A stretch of DNA of 64,000 bases from Lingula anatina (Eukaryota; Animalia; Brachiopoda), in NCBI GenBank assembly GCA_051362555.1, contig CM120649.1:13702001-13766000 (forward strand), in the 5' to 3' direction. A program made the position numbers and the translations under genes. The notes under the pieces were generated by a model, which saw only the letters and a program-made list of their open reading frames with translations, did not search any database and was not told the DNA's origin. Within the stretch, counting starts at the first letter, position 1, and every line of letters begins with the position of its first letter. Below, piece by piece: positions 1 to 10,905 of the stretch.

Positions 1-1236
1 CGTGCGTATGCCTAGTTACGCCCATGGATGTTTCATTTTCTATATAGCCATGCAGGCATGAGTGCGTGGCTCTGATAATGTGGCTCTGACACGGTTAACT
101 GTCCATACAAGTTTAGTTCTAATTTATTCAAAATGTATGAATCGATACAACATTTATTATTTGATTAGGTCTTAAACCAACAGTCCTTATTATGTTTCTT
201 AATTCTAGATGTATGTACTTCCGCCAAAGCAACAAAATAGATTTTGAGTTTCATTTATCAGGTATAGGTCTGTTGTTAGCAACATAATAAAAAAGTTGTT
301 GGTGGATTTTGAATAAAATTTATGCAACTGTCAGGCGGAAACTATGTAATACAGTTTAAGAATTTGGTGGTGATCCATGAATTAATTAATAAGTTATTTA
401 ATTAAGCCTGTTAATAATTAAGCAACATTATGCAAAAATTTGAGTAGGGGTTTTGGAAATTTGTGAAAAGTTCAGGTATGATAGCTTACAAAGAGGCTGG
501 AATTCGGTAGAGAATATTTAATTAAAGAATAAATTAAGTAACTTATCAACCAATTAATTAATTAATTGACTTATTAATACCATATTGCATATGTGATTTA
601 TATTAGAAAACCACCTGATATACTGGTTTATTGATTGATTAGCTATTTAATTTCTTTGAAATATTTATCAATCATTTTCGCAGCATTTCTTCGTAATCAG
701 TAAGAATAAATCTAAGCCTACCCTCATCTTTTTATTATTACTTTTGTTGTTTTTTATGAATTTGTAGCTTTTTATTGCTTACGTTTGGAATATAGCGCTG
801 TTTTATTGTATGAATGGGCCAAGATGATTTTCGAAGTAAGATACTATTCATTGCATCATTTATCTTTATTTTCATTTATTTGCTTATTTCTGGATATCAA
901 CGCAATATGCTTGTATCAAATAAAATATATATTTACAAATATGAACGCTTCGCTGTTGAAGACGTAGCTGACAGGCGTAACTGGATTCACAAGAACAAAA
1001 GTTTTGGAGCAATACTGACAATTGTGTTTCTACCTTTGTTGTTTCTTCCTTTCACCTTGGTTCCTTTGATCTATTAATGAACATTATCATAATAATCTGG
1101 CAGTCGAGTCTCCATAGTCCTGCATCAAAATATCTCATCACAGGCTGTCGATAATATTTCACCGGAGGACGATGTGGGTGATAATTAAGCGTCAGTTTAT
1201 TCAACAAATTTCAAATTTCACAAGATATGGTGGCAA

Positions 1237-1299
1237 GACGCATATATTAACCCTGACCTGACGCATATATTAACCCTGACCTGACGCATATATTAACCC
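1237..1299. repeat. Short tandem repeat, 23-bp unit, about 2.7 copies
   Basis: GACGCATATATTAACCCTGACCT begins at 1237, 1260 and 1283. Confidence 0.9.
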
Positions 1300-1841
1300 G
1301 TGTGTTGACAAGCGAGGCTATATATTAAAGAAACAAGATTGCACTTCAGAATTCTTGACCTTTCGTGTAGTTTAAACGTGAGGTGTCGTATTTGACTCAA
1401 GTTTCCTAGGAAAGAATAAATCTATTTTTAAGCCTCTCTAGAGACTATGAAATATTTTTTTTACAAAATAGATAAATAAATTAATCAATAAAATTCTAGG
1501 TTTTAATTTAACAAAAAACATGAGTACCTGCATATCAAATGGATGGCAATTGCCGGCGAAAAAATCAGTATATTACCAAAATGACCAGGAATCATGTCTA
1601 AATTAAATTACCCAGTTAACCATTTTCAAGGTGAATGGGTGAAAACGGGTCATCCACTCAGCTTCACAACATAAATCTTACTTTTTAGAGAAGATTGTAT
1701 TTCGAGCGCGTTGTGCTTTTTATCGATGCTGGTTGGAACATAGCATTGCTTTTGACATCAGCATGTTATTCACGGTATCTCTTTTGATGTATTACTGGAA
1801 GTCATAAAATCATGCTGATAGTTATGTGCAGACCTATAGGG

Positions 1842-1945
<104 letters not shown>

Positions 1946-2301
1946 GCACCGGTAACATTTTGCCGTTGGACTTTCATATAGTTGACGCAGCAGCATTCAC
2001 ACCTCCAAGGAATAATGTTGAGACAAATACATTAAGACTAATCCATCCACATATTTTAACAAAAGAGGCAATACTGTAAACATGCAATGTACTTAGAATG
2101 TTTGCCAATCCTTTGTGTGAACAAAATCGTTTCATTGTTATAGATCGACGTTGTTTTCCTTCAATGTTTTCCAGGTAGAACAATCCAAGGCGTTTTAATT
2201 TTTTAGTAGAATTAAAATTCGATTTTTGAGTTATATCGAGAAGATAACGTGCTGTGTTTTATCTTCTTTTTTTTTTTTTTTTTTTTTTTGCGCTGAAAAA
2301 G

Positions 2302-3821
2302 ATGGCTGCGGTATTTGCAAACTTTGTTGCTACCGTCTTCTTGATAAACCTGATGATAGCAGACATCCAAGCCGAGTGTTGTCACGCGACTGGTAGAGGA
2401 TATTGTGCGGACTGCAGTTGGGTAATGTTTTATTGTAGATACATGTATTGTTACTTTACATCAGTTGCACTGCTTGACTCTTTGTCATGCACTTTTTGAC
2501 TCATTTTTTAGCATTTAAAAGTATATTTTAATAATGTGCATCTCACCACTATTTGTTGTTTTTTTTAATTGTAAAATCCAACTTTTTTAAGTTGCAAATA
2601 GATACATATTATTATTATTATTATAATTATTATTATTTTTATCAATGACATGTAGGTTTAATCATTCATAAAAGTAGACCTCATTTAACTAAACGGAGAA
2701 AAATAATTGTCTTAATAACGTATTTCCATGGCAATGGAGGTAGTGACATGATGAAGGCGGTTAAGTAAAAGATTAATACCCAATCATCAAACAGTGGGCA
2801 CATGTATGGAATGTGCGATAGACAAAAATGCTATGAGAAAACGCTGATGAAAAATTTGTACTATTTAACATGAAATATAGATTTATGCACTCTCTTTTTG
2901 AAGTCATTATATCAAACGGCCATTTTTCTGGAATAATGTTACACCTATGAATGTTAGTTTTAAAAAAAATTACCAACGCACAAAACTAGGCTTTACGTTT
3001 TATTTGCCCTCTCCAGGTGCCTGTATTCAATTACTGTGGCAAAGGGAAGTGCAATATATTTGGCTGCGCATGCCAGGGAGGGTGCAAAGAAAGCTGTATC
3101 CCAACGACTGTGTAAGTTTTTGTTTTATTTATTTATTTATTTATTTATATATTTATTTTTACCTGAACATGAAAAATGTTTTATTGCATTTCCGTTGTGC
3201 TCCATTCCAGGACTTTGGTACGTTATCCGTATCTCTTGCGAATACATATCACACTCTATCATATCTCACTAACGCATGGGAAAATTGCTCGCGTTTCGAT
3301 GGCGCAGGCAGATGGTGACAAAAGCTGAAGTGAAGCGGCATTATTAATTTGATAGCCCTGTCCATTATTAGTGTGTCCATTCAATGGTGCTGTTGCATCA
3401 AGTAAACGTACTCCGTTTTCGCATGGAACGCAAATCTACTGATTTGACTGACAGTGGATATCTTGATGTCAACTGTGCAGCCTTAATAACTTTTATTTAT
3501 GCTCAGAGTCCAAAAAAGAAAGGCTATTTCATTGAAATGTTGATGCACATATCGTTATTTTCCTGAGCTACCGTAGATCCACGTGTGCAGTCCTGCCATT
3601 GCTTTTGAAAATCTTATTGAATTTCTATGCAGTTTGCTTTCCTAAGTATGTACCCTTAAGCGTTGATATTAAACTTGTCATGAAGAAACTTAAAATCAGT
3701 CTGTAGTCGCTTTCTATTCGCAGTAACCCAACGATTTTTAAATTAAAATTGATTATCGATATATATAGTGTCGATATATATATGGAACTACCATCATATT
3801 TTGATTACATCACAGGGTCAT

Positions 3822-3862
<41 letters not shown>

Positions 3863-4482
3863 AAAGAAAAAGAAGAACAGCAACTTTCTTGCCCCGACCG
3901 GTTTCTTTCTTTCTTCAGGGGGTTTTGTTTATTTGTTACTAGGTGATGTCATAAAGGCTTAAATGTGACGTCTTTAACAATGAGTGTTTAATTGTTACTT
4001 TTACCAATGCTTTTATCTATTCAATGTAGGTTTATACTTATTAATGAATAGATTTTCTTTTATTTCCCTTTCTGTTTGGGTTGTTTCCCTGGTGAATTTA
4101 TAAAATGGGAATACCGTAAAATCCTTGTTTTTGTTCATAGAGCATTCCCTAATGTGCCCACTCACAGACGTGCACTGATATTTAGGTTGTCTTATTTGTT
4201 GTCTGTGAACGGTCATTCTATGTCGGAGAGTGTCTCCAGTTTGTCCTATATAGTTCTCACCGCATCCACTGCAAGTTAATACATAGATTAAATTTGAGCT
4301 GGTGCAGGTGAATGGGTGTTTGATTCTGAATGTAAGTCCATTTTTAAATGTTATATGGCTCCCCTCTTTAATTAGTGGACAGGTGCCTGAAGAAAGAAAG
4401 AAACCGGTCGGGGCAAGAAAGTTGCTGTTCTTCTTTTTCTTTTATTATATATAATATTACTCGTACAGGAAAAACGTTTTCA

Positions 4483-4545
<63 letters not shown>

Positions 4546-4964
4546 CAGGTATCTAACCGGGCGTTGCGTTTGTAATGACAGAAAAAGGGAACTTTCAAGA
4601 CCTCTTACGGGTGCTGACGCAAACGATGTATTCGTAGGCGGGTGAGATTTTTTCTTTATAGCGTGTAGTTTGAAAAAATATAGTGACCGTCACTAATAAA
4701 GGCCGATACGGGACATATTTCTCATAAAATATGGGTAATATATGTAAATGTAGGAAGGTTTTAATACATTTGATTTTAACCTAAAATATTTATAAATGAT
4801 TTTTACTGCGAATTGAAATTAACCTGTACGAATTTAACACCGATGGAATATAACCGTAATGGCAATTTTTCTTCAGTAAATAATCTCGCCAATTTATGCA
4901 ATTCCTTAAATGTGGTCAAATCTAATTATATTTTTTTAGTGATGGATTCATATCTTTGAAGTGA
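2302..4964 (+). CDS. Secreted Diedel-like cysteine-rich peptide precursor (4 coding exons, about 110 aa)
   Basis: Exons 2302-2421, 3017-3111, 4549-4641, 4940-4964 with GT-AG boundaries and phases 0/2/2. Translation: MAAVFANFVATVFLINLMIADIQA-ECCHATGRGYCADCSWVPVFNYCGKGKCNIFGCACQGGCKESCIPTTVYLTGRCVCNDRKRELSRPLTGADANDVFVGGDGFISLK*. It has a hydrophobic signal peptide, and CC..CxDC..YCGxGxCNIFGCxCxGGC is the Diedel family signature. Exons 3 and 4 are less certain than exons 1 and 2. Confidence 0.8.
3855..4452 (-). mobile_element. 5'-truncated Penelope-like retroelement (GIY-YIG endonuclease end, 3' pseudo-LTR and an inverted 5' pseudo-LTR copy), next to (TA)n in intron 2 of the Diedel-like gene
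   Basis: The minus frame 4387-4013 is open: GTCPLIKEGSHITFKNGLTFRIKHPFTCTSSNLIYVLTCSGCGENYIGQTGDTLRHRMTVHRQQIRQP..VSGHIREC..FTVFPFYK..EREIKENLFINKYKPTLNR*. LIY-CxxC-YIGQT is a GIY-YIG of the PLE type. About 65 bp at 3855-3919 is repeated perfectly in inverted orientation at 4386-4450. Confidence 0.88.
3892..3922 (-). ncRNA. Minimal type I hammerhead ribozyme-like motif in the PLE pseudo-LTR
   Basis: Minus strand reads CCCC-CUGAAGA-AAGAAA-GAAAC-CG-GUC-GGGG: 4-bp stem I, intact core, palindromic mini stem III and a GUC cleavage triplet. Stem II cannot base-pair. Confidence 0.65.
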
Positions 4965-5035
4965 AGTTTGATGCCATGGATGAAAACAAGGATGGCGAAA
5001 TTGAAGCTGACGAATTTGACTCCGATCTAATTTAG
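4958..5035 (+). pseudogene. Out-of-frame EF-hand coding segment in the last exon of the Diedel-like gene
   Basis: The frame starting at 4958 reads EVKFDAMDENKDGEIEADEFDSDLI*, with a canonical loop D-x-N-x-D-G-x-I-x-x-x-E. It is shifted relative to the DGFISLK* frame. Confidence 0.7.
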
Positions 5036-5231
5036 AACTTGACAAGCCTTGTTTTTTTTTTTTTTTTTTTTTTTTTATTTAAAAAATTTGACTACTATAT
5101 ATCCCGATACATTGGCAAATCCGTTAAAGTGAAATAATAAGATGTGTTGAACTGGAAGACAATAACCTTTTTTGTTTGACCTAATCTACATTGAAAAAAA
5201 AAAAAGATCTAAATGGTTAAGTGGCAACTTA

Positions 5232-5456
5232 GACCCCATTTCCATAGATTTTAGATCGATCTATCCCTGTGGGGAGCCTCATTAGATTACTGTCAGCTTA
5301 GCGGGCTTAAGCGTCTGTCCCGCCTACTGAAAGCTGTAAGGGGGTAATTAACTATGGTGCGCGCTCGGCGGACTGCAATTTTGCGTGAACCCCCAGGGAG
5401 TTAGGTCGATCTAAATCTTAATCATTGGATCGATCTAAATCTCTGGGAATACACCC
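5232..5456. mobile_element. PIF/Harbinger-like MITE, 225 bp, copy 1
   Basis: TTA on both flanks (5229-5231, 5457-5459); imperfect ~30-bp TIRs (GACCCCATTTCCATAGATTTTAGATCGATC / GATCGATCTAAATCTCTGGGAATACACCC); closely similar copy at 63297-63521. Confidence 0.85.
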
Positions 5457-6429
5457 TTAGAGTGCACAAAGCGGCAGGGAATATTTTCTATAAATCAACC
5501 TCCTTATCATGCTTTTCTTTTATATAATGAAATGAAAACGAAAAGTAGAAACACACAGGTTTATATCTGGAACAGCATTGGTATGGTTTTGTATACATGA
5601 CGTGGTAGAGACGAACTTCTTTTCAAGTAAAACCTTGTTGATTGAGAAACGAGTCGGTGTCAATAAACAGTTTTAACCAACGTTGCCCTGGATATAACTT
5701 GCAAACACATATGCTCTTTATATATGTATTTAATACAAGCGGAATAATAACCAGACAGTAAAGCTGGCAAATAAACAGGCATCAGTTAAAACCACTCATA
5801 TCAGTATATTTAAAGATGGTATTGCAATCTCAGGCAAAACAACGTGTTGGACTGCCAGAGCGCCAACTGACAGATGCAGCTATCAGAATATATAAATTGT
5901 ATAGACAAAGTGCCTATATACCCTGTAAAAGTGTGACAAAAATCGCTGACTTAAATATAGTCTATACATTATTTACACAACGTTTATTTTATTCGCACAA
6001 ATTGGGTTAGCTAGGATAGTTAAATGTATACATAATTAAGGCGCCCAGCTAGATGATTTGTGACTCCGAAAAAAAGTGCCATTTGGCGAACTTTTGTCAT
6101 CGATCGACTGGTTTCCAAAAAGAGCTGTATAAACATGACAATGAAGAGCCAACAGAAGAGAGATGACCAGTATGAGTAAACCCTCCTTAGACTTTTTTTA
6201 TCCAGAACCGCGAAGCATCAGTCTAAACATATATACAATATTAGAGGGGCGTGTCTTATGAAAACACCGCTTATGACATAAAGGAAATTACGCTTACAAC
6301 TGTATGTCTAAACATGATGTTTTAGAATAACTTTAACCAAATATCAACTTAAATAACACATATAAAATCTTCAACACAAAATCATACAACTCAGTGGCTC
6401 TCTGTCTTTACTGTTAGGCTATATTCCAA

Positions 6430-9400
6430 TTATCCTTCACAGACCAGAGGACCGATGGTGTGGTAGCCTTCTTCGGATCCACCCGTGTCCCCAAACGTGA
6501 CCCTGGTTATCGGTAAGTAACTGGACTCGGTGATAACGCCATCGTCTGATCGCCACTCGTTGTCATCTATGTCGCAGTTGCAGTCTGAAAGACAATTATT
6601 TGACTGTACTTAAATTCTCGAGATGTCACACGTGGCACTTTTTTTGGTTTATTTCTAGGTAAGTGGCAGTATCCAATGCAGAGATTTCTTTAATGGGGTT
6701 TTATATAAACACCTCTGTTATAAACAGACCCATAATCACACATTTGGCCACGGCAGAGGCGGCGACCCGCCACAATACTTTCAACCAAAATATGAAGGCA
6801 GGTCTTCTGATACATGTATGCATTCCAAAAGTCTGCAGTAATTAAATGGACATATGATGATAAAAATAACAACGGTGTGTGTGTAACATTGAACTCAACA
6901 TAATATATCCAGAAGTAATACAAAAATAATCATAGATTTTGTTAAGCACTGTAACTTTACTTCAAGCTTGGACCTAACTAGAGAAGGACAAGTAACGCGG
7001 AGAAAGATCAAAGGATAATCGGCTTAGCGCGAGCTCTTCGCGAAACGATGTGCGTTCGGATCACGTGACCTCCCGTACAGGTAGCGAGCATATCGCGGCT
7101 GTTGATGACTTTTTGTGTCATTTGGACAGGTAGCTGGTGATAACGCGAGGAAAACGTTCGGGTGGATGAGTCAAGACACTTATAGAGATAAAATGTAAGT
7201 ACAATTTCTTTTGCTATTTTGGATGCTAGATGAGAATAAGGTATGTTTGTTCATGGAGGAATTCAAAATGCCCAATATGGTGAAGGCAATCGTGTTTGTT
7301 GCCGTAAAATGAGTGTTTAAAATTGTACAACTGCAGTGTCGAATACTTGTCTTTAGCTATGATCCGATAGAAAAATATTTCTAGTCTCGAAATTTTACCT
7401 CTATGTAAAGGATTAGCCTTAGATGCGGCAATAATTTAACCTCAAATCGTGTTTTGAATTAAAATGACGCAATTCCTCTCCGATTTATTCGACTCGCCGA
7501 CATCGTTTTAGGTCTGGTATTTTTTTACCTACGGTTTAGATAAAGGTGGCATCAACACCGCTGTGTACTATATGTATAGGTTTATGTTACTTGCTTAAGT
7601 GAGCCCGAATTATTGAATGATAATTAATATTTTTAACTGTTAATATGGGCTCTCGTTGCAACATGACACCACACATGCAATTGTGACACACAAAAACGCA
7701 CCTGTGATCCTTTTAATATCGTTTTATCAAAGTTGACATTAACACTGCTCTGAAGTATATATATATTTACACATTACCGGCTACAGTCAGCTCCGGTCTG
7801 AGAATGATAATTATTATTTTTCTAACTCTAAATATGGGCTCTCGTTGCAACATGACACCACACATGCAATTGTGACACACAAAAACGCACCTGTGATCCT
7901 TTTAATATCCTTTTATCAATGTTGACATTAACACTGCTTTAAAGTATATATATATTTACACATTACCGGCTCCAGTCAGCTCCAGTCTGAGAATGATAAT
8001 TATTATTTTTTTAACTCTTAATATGGGCTACCATTGCAATATGGCACCACCCATGCAATTGCGACATACAAAAACGTACCTGTGGGCCTTTTAATATCCT
8101 TTTATCAAAGTTGACATTAACACTACTCTGAAGTATATATGTATATTCACATGACCGGCTAAAGTCTGCTCCAGTTTGAGAATGATAATTAATAGTTTTT
8201 CATTTTTAAATTGGATTCCCTAAACAGAATAAAGACGACTGACAAACACCCTCATTGGTCTTATAGTGAAAGTGTATATGTGGACATGTACACATGCAAA
8301 GTGCATGATTATATTTACTTGGGTAATGGTCATAAAAGTAGATCTTGATCACATTTTTGATAAGAGTCTCACCTCTGAAATTGCCTTGCTACATTGCATT
8401 ATCTTGTTATCAGGTGCTTGAAATCTTTGAAATAATCCTGAGACATGCCTTTGGATAACACCTAGCTGGCTTTATCAAATCATCAAAGGGCCTGACGGTG
8501 TAGTTACCTGGCTGATAATGATCTAGAAAATCCATGCCTTACAAGGGAAGTAAATTTAACTAGAGGGAAAATCTACCTGACAGGTAGAATCTTGAGATGC
8601 ATTTGATAAGGCTTACCTGTGGCTCAAATGTCCAAGTAGAAGTAAAAAAGGCAATTGTCATTTATAGTAGTTTGTGATAAAAACATTCTTATTCTCTTCC
8701 AGATTCTCTCCACAAGATGCCGGAAAGTTAAAATTGGACAATGCACCATTGCCCAAGAGGAGACGCACTAATTAAACATTTAGACAATAATTCACATAGG
8801 TCAATAAGAAATTAGTTTATACCTTTTATAAATAAGTTAATACTACTCGTGCTACAAATAGGAAAGAACTCCAACATGACTTTCACAAAAAGAGACAAGA
8901 CAAGAAAACTGCACATGTATTGTATATTCAGCATCACTAGCTTTGTAACAAGCATTTTTAATGTTTACTTTTTTAATAATAAATATTGGAATGTACTCAA
9001 GTTGTTTTATATTTGCTATCTTATAATGAAAAAAAAAAAATGAAATGTAAAAAACATGGATTATATGTTTAGACAGTTTTTTTCTTGCTTGATTGAAATT
9101 GCATATTCAATTACCTCAGAATACACTAACTACAGGTTTAAAAAATCTGATCCTGATAAAATTCATACTCACATTTGACTTTGACCGTCTTGCAGTGATA
9201 TGCGTCTTATTTGTCAAATCTTTTATTATTATAATATATTAAGTTGTGTAAAAAAAAAGGAAGTGAAAAGAAATAAAAAGAAGATTTTTTATGTCAAATA
9301 TATGCATTTTTTATAACCATAAGATCAGTATTGGTGAAATTAATCTTATATTGTAAACGGGTAACTTTTAATGAAAAATAAAACGAAATATAAATGAAAG

Positions 9401-10854
9401 ATAGTTGCTGACTGAAAAACCAAATATTATGAATACTTATAGTAAGTTCTTGAATTATGACTGCTTTTCAGTTACTGAAAACAGAAAGCCATATTTTGGT
9501 ACCTGGTGTATTATTTTCTACCAAACTAATACAACAAATCTGACTTTTAAATAACTAATTAAAATTAATGTAAACCTAGATGAAATTTCTAATTAAGATC
9601 TTAATTGCTAAGTGAAAAAACCCAAATGTTATAAATGCACAAGATCATACTGTCTGTTTGTTGAAAATCTAGGTAATAATTCAAGCTGTAATTCTACTCT
9701 TCCTTTTGAGAGACTTTCTCAATCCTTTTTCTTTCGTAGATGCAGACACAGATTCTTGGTACTTTTCTTTAAGCTGTCTGCGAAATGAGTGGCCCCTAAT
9801 GGTAATATATAATTTCACAAACATGCTAAAAAGGTCCATTTTTAATTTGTCTGATTCACCAGCAGTCAGTTCTTGTGTAAATTTGATTGATCTTCCGGGG
9901 TGTCACAGCTACTGGTACATGTAGGAATGAGATTTCCGGTCGTTGGGTGCGTATTTCTGTCCTGTCAGAGACTACCTCACGGGCAGAAAAAGACAGCAGG
10001 TATTGAAGACAAACTTCACACCCCGTTTTTATGAGGTAACGGGGAAAATGCCGAAAACCCCTCAATAAATTTCCACGTGTTGACGGAAACCTGTGTGCTC
10101 GCAACTGCAAAATGGCGGCAATGCTGTATCATAGCAACCACGAGGGGCTGCGAGAATTTGCGTTATCAATGCAGAGAAACAATAGAAATGCACTGAAGCA
10201 CAGCGCGCGCTACCTTGATAATAAGCTGTTCAGACGCCCGTGGAGCTATCAAAACAGATTATGTGAGACAATAGGCGAATGTTTACCCGAACGCACATAG
10301 CTTCAAAGGAAGATGCCGCGTTACTTGTCCTTCTCTATTTAGGTCCATGCTTCAAGGTATCATACACGTATAGTGGTGTTTTCTCAAAAACCGAAACGTG
10401 CAATTTTTCAATTAATGAAATGTACTTTATGAACTTCAACTCGGTTTTACTAAATTTATTTCTTACTGTAAAAAAAGCCTCTAACACGTACAGTCCCAAT
10501 ATTACAATATGATAAATGAACTCACTCATGTCTGCATCTTCACAAGTTCCATCTCGTGAGCATGCGCAGTTGCCCATGGCGCCGCTGGGATCTCCTCCAG
10601 CCCAAAATGACACCTGTTGTCCACGGCGGTCATACCATGCACTGTAGATAGTACCACTTTTCAAGATGACGGAGCCCTTACATTCGTATTTCATGTACTG
10701 GGTACAACTGATTCCTTCTCTGTCCACATACGCAGCCATTTGCTCCATGCTTACTGAAAAAAGTTATGTTCATTGTATCCTATACCGATATATATGCATC
10801 GGACCCTTGTCTCATTTACATGTTTATCCAAATACTTGGTAATTTGCTCCATAC

Positions 10855-10905
<51 letters not shown>

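Noticed and set aside
3855-4452. DNA-transposon MITE interpretation of the 65-bp inverted repeat
   Set aside because: The interior encodes a GIY-YIG endonuclease end and the arms contain a hammerhead core, which fits a Penelope-like element better.
4940-4942. In-frame TGA ahead of the EF-hand frame as selenocysteine or readthrough
   Set aside because: No SECIS-like structure was recognised downstream, and the other frame (DGFISL) is itself EF-like, favouring a frameshifting deletion.
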